Part shown: positions 1 to 8,437 of the stretch, piece by piece
How positions within the stretch are numbered: position 1 is the stretch's first letter
Layout: every line of letters begins with the position of its first letter
NCBI GenBank assembly: GCA_023705905.1
Contig: BPTK01000014.1
Coordinates: forward strand, 10,740 to 34,739
Origin: Candidatus Heimdallarchaeota archaeon
Lineage (GTDB): Archaea > Asgardarchaeota > Heimdallarchaeia > Heimdallarchaeales > Heimdallarchaeaceae
Length of the DNA: 24,000 bases
Direction: 5' to 3'
Notes under the pieces: generated by a model
Databases searched by the model: none
Told to the model about the DNA's origin: nothing
The model's input: only the letters and a program-made list of their open reading frames with translations
Position numbers and translations under genes: made by a program

Positions 1-62
1 GGCTTTATGCTCTCATTAAATCAGCCATAGTTTTTGTTCCTAGCTGTATCATTCTCCTTATT

Positions 63-569
63 ATGAATCTTTCCAATTTTGCATCAAGCCTTGAAAATAA
101 TTTTTTGGTAGACAATCCTGGTGCACTCTCTCCCTTTTCTTATACACCGGACATTATAGAAGGGGTTCTTATTGGATTAATCATACTTCTTTCACTTCTG
201 ATGATTTTTACTGCTTCCTATTGGTCTGTGGCAAGATTTTTTACAATTATTGGGTATTTGCATCCTAAAAAAACATTGAAAGTCAAAAGCAAGCCATTTA
301 TCTTTGCTCTTCTCTTCCAAATGTTTCCATTAATTCTCTTTACCATTGTCCTAGATACAATGTTTGTGGAGATAAGGCATGGAGATATCTACAATCACTG
401 GGGAAATCTATATAATTTACTTGAAGGTCAAGCTTACATTGTTCTGCTAATACAAATGAGCCTATTACTTATCATTAATTTAGTGTATTTCCTTGATGGT
501 AGACGACTAATGAATAAGCGAGAGAATTTCATAGAATTAGAAGAGATTAATGTGGAAAGAACATATTGA
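63..569 (+). CDS. hypothetical multi-pass membrane protein
   Basis: 168-aa ORF with an ATG start. It has three to four long hydrophobic segments (GVLIGLIILLSLLMIFTASYW, FIFALLFQMFPLILFTIVL, AYIVLLIQMSLLLIINLVYFL). I recognise no family motif. Confidence 0.5.
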   Translation: MNLSNFASSLENNFLVDNPGALSPFSYTPDIIEGVLIGLIILLSLLMIFTASYWSVARFFTIIGYLHPKKTLKVKSKPFIFALLFQMFPLILFTIVLDTMFVEIRHGDIYNHWGNLYNLLEGQAYIVLLIQMSLLLIINLVYFLDGRRLMNKRENFIELEEINVERTY

Positions 570-1068
570 GGTATATTTCCTAGAACATATTCTGTAAATA
601 AATCATAGGTAGTAGTTCACTTAATTCTACGATCACAAGTTAGAGTTATATTTTAATCCACTGTTAAGATGTAATCTAATCGTTGAATATCTTCTTTGCT
701 CTGATTGTGAGATAGTAAGAGTAAACTGTTTCTAAAAATCTGAAAAATGAATCTTCGAATTTTCTGTAAATCAATCATTAAATATGATGGTTGTCCTAGT
801 TTATATGGAGAAAAATGCTCAAGACTTACCCTATCAACATCCATAGAAAATGGAGAATTGTTAGAAAAATAGAGATAACTAAAGAAATAGAAAGAGAAAT
901 TGAAAAAATATTAGTTAGGCTATTTATTACAAAGATTAATTGTTTAACTAACTGAAAGTAATCTTTAAGTTCTCTTTAAACACTTTTGAGCTAGACTTTT
1001 TGTCCAAAACCATTTTTGGTTCACAAATAAATTATTTTGACTATTAAAAAAGATTAGAAGAAAAATAA

Positions 1069-3069
1069 CTATTCTCTTAATATTGCTTTACGTCTTTTCT
1101 TTAGAACTATAAATATTGATGCAATTGCAATTGGTAGCAGTAGAGAGAGAGAAAGGATATCACCATATTCAAAAACGACACTAGTCCATTCTACCTGTAT
1201 TATCTGATATCCTGCACATTTAGAGATTTTCACTTCGTTATCTAACGTTGCAGTAATATTGTAACTTTTCAATCCAGATGTAGTTTCAGTAAGTTGGAAG
1301 TTGAATAAACCTGAGGAATCTGTTGTTGTTACTGGATCTCCATCAATATACACTTCTGCGCCTTCAACTGGAAAACTATTGTGAACAAATACTACCTGTC
1401 CTGAAAATGTTATGTAATCTCCTATTTCTGCAGTAATTGCACTTGTTTGCACATTACGAACTTCAAGGTCTGTTATCGTCACACTCAGTGATGTCATATT
1501 TACTCCACAATTCGTTGTAGTAGTAATTAAATCAATGCTATATATTCCATAAGAAAGCGGATCAAGTTGCCAAACTATAGAGGTCAAACTGGGTCCTAGT
1601 TTATCTCCAATATCGATTGTAGCAGGAGTAATACTGTTTATTGCTCCAGGTAAATCTAGTGAAACACTAATTCCTTGGATATCCCAGCCATAAGTTTGAA
1701 CTCTGCAAGTAAGATTGAATGTTCCTTCAATTAGAGAAACCATAGGTGCTATATCATAATCTACAGTAAATTCATCGTAGATCCAATCTAATAATCTTAA
1801 CCAACCATTCCCATCCGTTCCGTATAATATTTCATTCACACCATCAGTATCAACATCTCCTACAGTGATAGATGGTACACTTGGTTCAATTGTATTCTCT
1901 ATATACTTTGTTTCATAATCTGTTCCGTTCCATTCACAGTACATCAATCGTACGTCTGGATACGTGGTAGATGTTGTGTAAATAAAGACTACTTCATCTT
2001 TTCCGTCATTATCAAAATCATTTACTTCAAACTCATTTTGTAGAAGATAAAAATCAGCAAATAGGGAAATATTCGGCATCCCATCATAAATCTCTATGCT
2101 ATCGGTGTCAAGAAATGCATCTCGTTTTACAGATACTACAATATCGTCCATTCCATTTCCTTTAAGGTCGCCTGTTTCCATCCAATTGAATCTTTCACTA
2201 TGCCACCCTGGAAATCCTCCAAGGATCTCATGATAAATAACACCTGTATCATAAGCAACATATCCCAATGTACAGTTATCAGAAGTTGAACAATATACAA
2301 TCTCATTACCATCGAAATCTGAAGTAAAATCTCCTATGGATACACAGACTCTGGATTGATTGGTCTGGACAATATCTTCTGCAATCCAATTATCAAGATC
2401 CTTTCTGTAAACAGTTACATTGCAATTGTCAAGATTATCAGGAAATCCTTGTCCAACAACTACAAGATTATCTGTATTTACTCCAACTTCACCCACAGAG
2501 ATGCTATAAACACCACCCTTGATTGGGTTTCCACCGTTAAGAAATTCCCCTTCTTGCCACGCATTGTTTGTTTTGTTGAATCTTACTACGTCTCCTAAAT
2601 ATTCTACAGTAAAGTATGTTGTGCCAACTATTATACTATTATTTCCGGTACCATCAATATCAGCTATTACTATATCTGATATAAATGATACACAACCGTA
2701 ATAATCGTAGGTGAAATTTGCTATTACAATTTGAGTGAATTCAACAGAGTTTTCATCTCCTGTATTTTCATAAAGTATAACACCACCATGTGGTCGAATA
2801 CCTATCACAATATCATTATCTCCATCATTATCTGCATCACCTACTGCTATGCAATCTATAGTATCCCAAAGTACTTGATCAAAGGTGAAGTTAGTTAATA
2901 AAGGATTTAAGGCTTCAAAATTGTTCTTTTGTTCACCTGGTTCTTCTTCCGAGGTTGGAAGAACATAGTTGTTATTACTTAGATTTGAGTAAGAAAAGTT
3001 TACACTCAAGAGTAGTATAATCATAAAAGCGATCACTAAATATTTCCTGCCTGTGATAAATTTTTTCAT
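1069..3069 (-). CDS. FG-GAP/VCBS-repeat (integrin-alpha-like beta-propeller) surface protein, N-terminal signal anchor and C-terminal TM anchor
   Basis: Repeated Ca-binding FG-GAP-type loops: VGDADNDGDNDIVIG, ADIDGTGNNSIIVG, TGDLKGNGMDDIVV, NDFDNDGKDEVVF, VGDVDTDGVNEILYG. N-terminal MKKFITGRKYLVIAFMIILLL looks like a signal or anchor. The C-terminal hydrophobic stretch LSLSLLLPIAIASIFIV is followed by KKRRK. A CarboxypepD_reg-like segment (VEGAEVYIDGDPVTTTDSSGLFNF) is present, along with many N-x-S/T sequons. The ATG at 3069 is preferred over the TTG at 3093 used by the ORF track. Confidence 0.8.
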   Translation of the reverse strand: MKKFITGRKYLVIAFMIILLLSVNFSYSNLSNNNYVLPTSEEEPGEQKNNFEALNPLLTNFTFDQVLWDTIDCIAVGDADNDGDNDIVIGIRPHGGVILYENTGDENSVEFTQIVIANFTYDYYGCVSFISDIVIADIDGTGNNSIIVGTTYFTVEYLGDVVRFNKTNNAWQEGEFLNGGNPIKGGVYSISVGEVGVNTDNLVVVGQGFPDNLDNCNVTVYRKDLDNWIAEDIVQTNQSRVCVSIGDFTSDFDGNEIVYCSTSDNCTLGYVAYDTGVIYHEILGGFPGWHSERFNWMETGDLKGNGMDDIVVSVKRDAFLDTDSIEIYDGMPNISLFADFYLLQNEFEVNDFDNDGKDEVVFIYTTSTTYPDVRLMYCEWNGTDYETKYIENTIEPSVPSITVGDVDTDGVNEILYGTDGNGWLRLLDWIYDEFTVDYDIAPMVSLIEGTFNLTCRVQTYGWDIQGISVSLDLPGAINSITPATIDIGDKLGPSLTSIVWQLDPLSYGIYSIDLITTTTNCGVNMTSLSVTITDLEVRNVQTSAITAEIGDYITFSGQVVFVHNSFPVEGAEVYIDGDPVTTTDSSGLFNFQLTETTSGLKSYNITATLDNEVKISKCAGYQIIQVEWTSVVFEYGDILSLSLLLPIAIASIFIVLKKRRKAILRE

Positions 3070-3346
3070 TTTTTTCACATCTTTGTGTATCAAATAAATA
3101 ATAAGTAAAACTCATTAATCAACTTTATGGAGTTATAGTGACATCTCCAATTTCATCTACGATGTTTTTTTCCGTATCTAGTTTTACCTTTTGCTGAACA
3201 AGTGTAAAAATTCATAGCTAGGGTTTAATTTTCGCTCCAAAGTAATTTATTGAAATAGGTTTCCACAAACTAAACAAGAATCAATTAGTTCAAGCTTTTA
3301 GTAAAAGATAAAAAAAGAAGTAAAAGGAATAGGAAGTTAGTTCTTT

Positions 3347-3574
3347 CTATTCTTGGTATCTATTTGGTTTCTGCTTTTGAAAGCATTCTCTACAATATAC
3401 TGGTCTTGACCCATCAGGCTTGAAAGGAACTTCTGTTTCTTGATTACATTTTGCACAAGTTGCTTTATGTAATTCTACTGGCCTTCTTTGTCCAAATCCG
3501 GAACTGTTTCCTCTATTTCCACTTCTATTTTGTGGCCTTCCGCCACTTCTATTTTGATTGTTTCTATATGACAT
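3347..3574 (-). CDS. small RG/N-rich zinc-ribbon protein, CxxC-x17-CxxC type
   Basis: 75 aa. CAKC, then exactly 17 residues (NQETEVPFKPDGSRPVY), then CREC, which matches the CxxC-x17-CxxC domain pattern. The N-terminal half is a low-complexity R/G/N/S tract (RSGGRPQNRSGNRGNSSGFGQRRP). An SD-like AAGGTAA lies 6 nt upstream of the ATG. Confidence 0.75.
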   Translation of the reverse strand: MSYRNNQNRSGGRPQNRSGNRGNSSGFGQRRPVELHKATCAKCNQETEVPFKPDGSRPVYCRECFQKQKPNRYQE

Positions 3575-3869
3575 TGTGTTTACCTTTGTTTTTTTTGTAG
3601 TTGATTGACAGCAAAATTAGTTGTTCTATTTAAATAAACAGTAGTGGATTGTTCCGTTTCCTAGTTATCCAAAAATACCTATTTTCAGCATATCGCTTTT
3701 TCTACATGCCGCCAAAGAATCTCTGCTATTTAAACAATGACATCTAGCTGATTTTAGCTAAGAGGTTTGGATTTTCTAAGCTAGACTTCATTCAAGCTTC
3801 CCACATTGAGTTATTTCTAGTTCTAAACGCGTATAGTTTAAGAGTGTGAGTTGCTTACTAATTATAAAT

Positions 3870-5372
3870 ATGAATAAACAGAAGATAATTATCATAGGTG
3901 CTGGATTGGGAGGATTATCAACTGGGATCTATGCTCAAATGAATGGTTTTGATACTACTATTTATGAGAAAAATCCTGTTCCTGGAGGACTAGCAGCATG
4001 TTGGAAGAGAGGAGATTACTTAATCGATGGTGGAATTCACTTCCTTTCAGGTTACAAATCTGGTTTATCTCTTCACAATGTTTTCAAAGAAGTTGGAGCT
4101 CATAAAGCTGAATGTGTTGATTTAGTCACTTATGCTAGATATATCGATGAAAAGAGTGGAAGGTCTATTGACGTCTCCTCTGATTTGGATAAGTTTCAAG
4201 CAGATCTTCTGACGATGTTTCCAGAAGATAAGAAGAAAATCAACCACTTCATCAAAGGTATTCGAGGTATGAGTAAAACAGATATCAGTGAATTTGGTTT
4301 TAGAGAACCTGTTGAATTGATGAATACTAGGAAATGGATAAAAGAATTCTGGCAATACAGGAAAGCGCTCAAGTATTTCATAGGCAAGTCGATGCAACCT
4401 GTTAAGGATTATGTCAAAAACATTCACGACCCTATGTTTAAAGATCTCTTACTCCACATGTTCTTACCTGATGTTCCCATAGCTTTCTTGTGGATGATCC
4501 TAAGTTTCGTCTCCCAAAAGCAGATGGGTGTTTTGAAGAAAGGTTCATTAGATTTTACTAGAAAACTAGAAGAGAGATATCTGGAATTAGGAGGAAAAAT
4601 CGAATATAGGTCAGAGGTTTCAGATATTCTTGTTGAACAAGATAAGGCTGTTGGAATAAGAACCAAGGATGATATCGAACATCTATCTGATTTTGTTATT
4701 TCCGCTAATGATGGCCGTACTGTTATCTATGATATGCTCAAAGGTGCTTACACTAATGATGAAATTGATAGCCGATACAATGAATGGCAAACTGTCGATC
4801 CTTTTGTTAGTTTGAGTTTCGGTATTAAACAAGAATTTGACGATGAGGTATGGTTGACAGTCTTCAAGACAACCGATCCCATAACTATAGGTGACGAAGA
4901 AAAAGAAACAGTCATGATACGATTTTTCAACTATAGCACAGAATTTGCTCCCAAAGGAAAAACTGTCGTTCAAGTTGATATTGAGACTAACTGGGATTAT
5001 TGGTTTAATCTTAGAAAAGACAAGAAGAAGTACAATCAAGCTAAGAAAGATTTAGCAGAGAGAACCAAAGAGTGGTTAGAGAAAAGATTTCCTGGAATTA
5101 AAAAGAAAATCGAGGTTGAAGATGTAGCAACTCCTTATACCTTTTGGAGATATACTTCCAATGAGAAAGGTTCCTACATGGGTTTCCTACCCTCTAGTGA
5201 TACATTTACCACCTATATTAAGAAAACATTGCCAGGTCTAGATAACTTCTATATGTCAGGTCAATGGTCTATGTCAACCGGAGGAGTACAATCGGTCATA
5301 TATGCAGGGAGACACGCTATTCAGCTTCTATGTAAGGATGAAGGGAAGGATTTCATCACACAAGCAGAATAA
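3870..5372 (+). CDS. NAD(P)/FAD-dependent oxidoreductase, phytoene-desaturase (CrtI/COG1233-like) family
   Basis: N-terminal Rossmann dinucleotide motif KIIIIGAGLGGLSTGIYAQMNGFDTTIYEKNPVPGGLA, about 500 aa in length, and a C-terminal FYMSGQW..GGGV-type motif typical of the amine-oxidase/CrtI fold. The ATG at 3870 gives the canonical short lead-in to GxGxxG. The ORF track starts at a GTG at 3846. Confidence 0.8.
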   Translation: MNKQKIIIIGAGLGGLSTGIYAQMNGFDTTIYEKNPVPGGLAACWKRGDYLIDGGIHFLSGYKSGLSLHNVFKEVGAHKAECVDLVTYARYIDEKSGRSIDVSSDLDKFQADLLTMFPEDKKKINHFIKGIRGMSKTDISEFGFREPVELMNTRKWIKEFWQYRKALKYFIGKSMQPVKDYVKNIHDPMFKDLLLHMFLPDVPIAFLWMILSFVSQKQMGVLKKGSLDFTRKLEERYLELGGKIEYRSEVSDILVEQDKAVGIRTKDDIEHLSDFVISANDGRTVIYDMLKGAYTNDEIDSRYNEWQTVDPFVSLSFGIKQEFDDEVWLTVFKTTDPITIGDEEKETVMIRFFNYSTEFAPKGKTVVQVDIETNWDYWFNLRKDKKKYNQAKKDLAERTKEWLEKRFPGIKKKIEVEDVATPYTFWRYTSNEKGSYMGFLPSSDTFTTYIKKTLPGLDNFYMSGQWSMSTGGVQSVIYAGRHAIQLLCKDEGKDFITQAE

Positions 5373-5430
5373 TTCATGTGATTTCCTTCTTGAACTATAA
5401 TTAAAGAACATTGTATCTACAGAATTTTAA

Positions 5431-6627
5431 TTATGTCTCTTTCTCTGTCGTTTTTTCTTGCTCTTCCCATTGTGAATAGAGATCATCCAATAGAACCATT
5501 AAATCACCCATTATTTCGACTGATTTTGGTTTAATTATTCCATTTTCTATTATCACTTCTATATCACTAGACCCAACTAACTCAAGAAAGATTTTCATGA
5601 ATTCTTTTTCGGAAATCTCTAATAAATCAATTGTTTGCTTGATGTTTACCTCTCCATAAACCTTTAGAATTCCCTTAATCTGTTTAATCTGAGATTCTCT
5701 TAAATATGACTGGTCTATGTTAGTTTCTTTTTTTATGAAATTTATTGAATCGCGTATTTTACTTAATGCTGAAGCTTCAATCTTTCTTATAAGAGAATTA
5801 TCGCAGAATAATCTAGTTTTGGTATTATATTCAAAAACTGTTAAATTTGATAGCCCAACCAATGGTGAAATATCAAGCTCATTTAAATTTGAGCAATTAA
5901 CACCCAATTTATTTAATTTTAAACATTTCTGCATAGGTTTTAAGTCAAGTTCACTCAAATTATTATTCGACAAATCTAAATCGTCTAGATTCACAGCATT
6001 GTTTAAAGGTGTAAGATCAATAGATCCTATTTGATTATTGGATAAATCAAATTTCGTTAATCTTTCACAGTTCGTTAATGGTTCTAAATCTATCTCATCC
6101 AATTTACATTGAGTTAGATTTAGCCGTTCTAAATTACTAAGAGATTTGAATACTCCAAGGTCTAATTTAGTGAGAGGGGTCCAACTAAGATCCAATATTT
6201 TGAGATCACGGCATTCTGATAGAGGTTCAAAATCAATTTTTTCAATATCGCTAAATGAGAGAGAGAGGTTCTTCAACTTGACACATTTTTGTAAAGGTTT
6301 CAAGTTCAATTCTTTTATAGGATTACCTATTAGAACTAGAATTTCAAGTGAATTACATTTACTTAAGGGGCTTAAATCTAATTTGTAAATGTTATTCTCA
6401 TATAGATTCAATTCCAATAAATCTGTACAATGACGAACAGGTTCAAGATCAATATAACTTAATCTATTGTCATTGAGATAAATTTTCTGTATTTGAGGAC
6501 AGTTTCTTAATGGAGATAAATCTACTTCATGCCAGCCTTGTCCCTGAAAATCTAAAATCTTAGAAGTTTCACAATCTTTTTCTATTAGATAAGTTTCTCC
6601 ATCTGACAAACAAGTAAACTTAACCAT
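5431..6627 (-). CDS. leucine-rich-repeat protein with C-terminal winged-helix-like module and LLDDLYSQWEE tail
   Basis: About 11 tandem 22-residue LRRs with the pattern L..L.L..N.I..(I/L)DL.PL..C, for example LDLSPLSKCNSLEILVLIGNPIKELNLKPLQKCVKLKNLSL. No N-terminal signal peptide or TM segment. The C-terminal 75 aa resemble the shared module found in three neighbouring proteins. Confidence 0.8.
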   Translation of the reverse strand: MVKFTCLSDGETYLIEKDCETSKILDFQGQGWHEVDLSPLRNCPQIQKIYLNDNRLSYIDLEPVRHCTDLLELNLYENNIYKLDLSPLSKCNSLEILVLIGNPIKELNLKPLQKCVKLKNLSLSFSDIEKIDFEPLSECRDLKILDLSWTPLTKLDLGVFKSLSNLERLNLTQCKLDEIDLEPLTNCERLTKFDLSNNQIGSIDLTPLNNAVNLDDLDLSNNNLSELDLKPMQKCLKLNKLGVNCSNLNELDISPLVGLSNLTVFEYNTKTRLFCDNSLIRKIEASALSKIRDSINFIKKETNIDQSYLRESQIKQIKGILKVYGEVNIKQTIDLLEISEKEFMKIFLELVGSSDIEVIIENGIIKPKSVEIMGDLMVLLDDLYSQWEEQEKTTEKET

Positions 6628-6791
6628 AAAAAATAAGAAGTTACTAGAGATAAAAATCTTTCACAAGTTTATTGGGAACAAACTTAGAACATCAACCAGT
6701 TACTATATTCTTTAGTATTTTAGCCCTTTTTTCCGCAATATTTTAATATTTCTTATTTAAATTTCTATGAATCTACTAGGATGAATACTAA

Positions 6792-7658
6792 ATGGCTTTC
6801 TTTGATGACATCAATAATATCATGTATGTTGTTTTGGGTGTTATAGGATTAATTGTAATAATTCTCTTGATTTTTGCTCTAAAAGGTACTTTCTCTGACG
6901 TAAAGTTGAAGCGAAAGGCTAAATCTCTTGGTTTTCGTACTATTAAAGAGATGCACTCTCGTCAATCTGAAGGTTTTGAAAGTAAACCTGAGTTTGACAA
7001 CATCTCATCTTTAGGTTTTACAGATAAACAAGAATTCCTTTTTGGTGAAAAACTTGGTACTAGAACTCAAGAAGAAATGTATAAGAAATTGAATCAAACT
7101 GTTAAAGATTTGCTTGATCTAATGGAAGATTATAAAATTGACCTCCCTAAATTAGATAATGAAGTCACCTTAGTTTTATCACTTGACAAAATGACTGAAA
7201 TCTCTGAAGAGTTTACTCAGAAGCAAACTATCTTCAATAAGTTGCGAGAAGAGGTTAACAGCTATCCAAAAGAGAAAGTTATTGATCAAAGCAAGATAAA
7301 CATCCCCAAAGAAATAAAAGATTTACAAAATGAAACTGCAGCTAAGCTTTATTCTGTCAAGAATACACTTGACGTGAGGATGGAGTATGTTACTGAGCGA
7401 ACAAGTATAGTGGAATTGCTTAATCAGTTCAGGCCTAATGTTCCTGTCAATCTTAATAGGGTTGGAGAGATATCTAAACTGTCTTTAAAGGATGTCGAAT
7501 CCTTTTTGAAAGACATTGTCGAAGTTAATCCTGAAATAGGGGAATACTTAGAACTTGAGCAAGTTTTTATCAGGAAGACTGACACTGAAATACAAATTGA
7601 TGAACTCTTGAATCAATTCCAAAAATGGGAAGTTGAAGGAGAGGGGAAGAAGAAGTAA
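6792..7658 (+). CDS. N-terminally TM-anchored helical protein with C-terminal winged-helix module (DDRGK1/UFBP1-like layout)
   Basis: TM segment IMYVVLGVIGLIVIILLIFAL at residues 10-30, followed by about 170 aa of charged helical sequence. The C-terminal module is ELLNQFRPNVPVNLNRVGEISKLSLKDVESFLKDIVEVNPEIGEYLELEQVFIRKTDTEIQIDELLNQFQKWEVEGEGKKK. Confidence 0.7.
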   Translation: MAFFDDINNIMYVVLGVIGLIVIILLIFALKGTFSDVKLKRKAKSLGFRTIKEMHSRQSEGFESKPEFDNISSLGFTDKQEFLFGEKLGTRTQEEMYKKLNQTVKDLLDLMEDYKIDLPKLDNEVTLVLSLDKMTEISEEFTQKQTIFNKLREEVNSYPKEKVIDQSKINIPKEIKDLQNETAAKLYSVKNTLDVRMEYVTERTSIVELLNQFRPNVPVNLNRVGEISKLSLKDVESFLKDIVEVNPEIGEYLELEQVFIRKTDTEIQIDELLNQFQKWEVEGEGKKK

Positions 7659-7719
7659 GTTTGCAGTCTTCTAGGCAAAAGATATTTTAAGCTTGATTCA
7701 TTATCCTCTATGGTTGACA

Positions 7720-8406
7720 ATGGAATTAATCTTAACTGGGAAAAAAAAGAAGAAAAATTTTCGTAAAAAAATCAAGGACGATATTAGAAAGTTAGATCTT
7801 ACAAAAAAGAAGTTAACAGAGATAGACCTTACACCGCTCGAGCAGTGTCATCAGATCTATACAGTTAAGTTGAGTAACAATAAAATCTCTTCAATCAATC
7901 TAACTCCTCTAAGCAAATGTAAATCTCTTATCAGCGTATATCTAGAATATAATCCTCTTTCTTCAATTAATTTAGCTCCTCTTATCAAATGCCCAAAACT
8001 TGACAAAATTTCTTTTTCCAAGAATACTAAAATTGAATGGTTAGATGAAGAGTTTGACGTTTTTGCTATCCCAAGAGGGTTAAGACCTTATCTCAACCAA
8101 ATTAAAAAAGCACATGGTTCTTATGTTACTGAAACAGCAGAGCAAAAGCAAAAAATTGCTCACGAAAATGCTCCTGAGAAAATTACTGCTCTTCTCAATG
8201 AATTCCGCCCTGGTGTTCCTGTCAATGTTAATAGGGTTGCAGCACTAGCCGAAATACCAGTTGACGTTACCAAATCAATTATTTTAGAGATATTGGAACA
8301 CATGCCTGACGTTGGAGAATTCCTAGAACTGGAAGAGGTTTTTATTCGTAAAACAGAAGCTGAGATAGAGATAGATAAACTCTTAGATCAATTTCAAGAA
8401 TGGTAA
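7720..8406 (+). CDS. short leucine-rich-repeat protein with the same C-terminal winged-helix/LLDQFQEW module
   Basis: Three to four LRRs of the same Cys-containing type (IDLTPLEQCHQIYTVKLSNNKISSINLTPLSKCKSLISVYLEYNPLSSINLAPLIKCPKL). The C-terminal module ALLNEFRPGVPVNVNRVAALAEIPVDVTKSIILEILEHMPDVGEFLELEEVFIRKTEAEIEIDKLLDQFQEW is paralogous to that of 6792-7658. The ATG at 7720 is preferred. The ORF track uses a TTG at 7693. Confidence 0.7.
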   Translation: MELILTGKKKKKNFRKKIKDDIRKLDLTKKKLTEIDLTPLEQCHQIYTVKLSNNKISSINLTPLSKCKSLISVYLEYNPLSSINLAPLIKCPKLDKISFSKNTKIEWLDEEFDVFAIPRGLRPYLNQIKKAHGSYVTETAEQKQKIAHENAPEKITALLNEFRPGVPVNVNRVAALAEIPVDVTKSIILEILEHMPDVGEFLELEEVFIRKTEAEIEIDKLLDQFQEW

Positions 8407-8437
8407 AGAAGAAATAGATCAATGAGTATTGTCAATA

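Noticed and set aside
611-635. Reverse-orientation partial match (cacttaatt) to the conserved intergenic motif
   Set aside because: Only a 9-nt core matches, which is compatible with chance in AT-rich sequence of this length.
653-844. 63-aa minus-strand ORF in the 570-1068 gap
   Set aside because: It has no recognisable motif, SD or conserved feature, and an ORF of this length can arise by chance in a 500-nt AT-rich spacer. It is not excluded, only unsupported.
2356-2701. Plus-strand ORFs 2356-2598 and 2519-2701
   Set aside because: They lie entirely antisense to the well-supported FG-GAP CDS. Their sequence is low-complexity and I/L/F/S-rich, as expected from translating the opposite strand of an AT-rich gene.
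4122-5039. Five minus-strand ORFs (4122-4427, 4196-4387, 4424-4666, 4683-5039, 4748-4930)
   Set aside because: They are shadow ORFs inside the FAD-oxidoreductase CDS. They overlap one another in different frames and carry no motifs.
5717-6388. Plus-strand ORFs 5717-6034 and 6146-6388
   Set aside because: They are antisense to the LRR gene. The periodic L/F/S/K pattern simply mirrors the LRR repeat on the other strand.
7741-7748. A8 homopolymer near the 5' end of the short LRR gene, considered as a slippage or phase-variation site
   Set aside because: It encodes an in-frame KKKKK tract. Both neighbouring frames close quickly, and there is no sign of a disrupted ORF.
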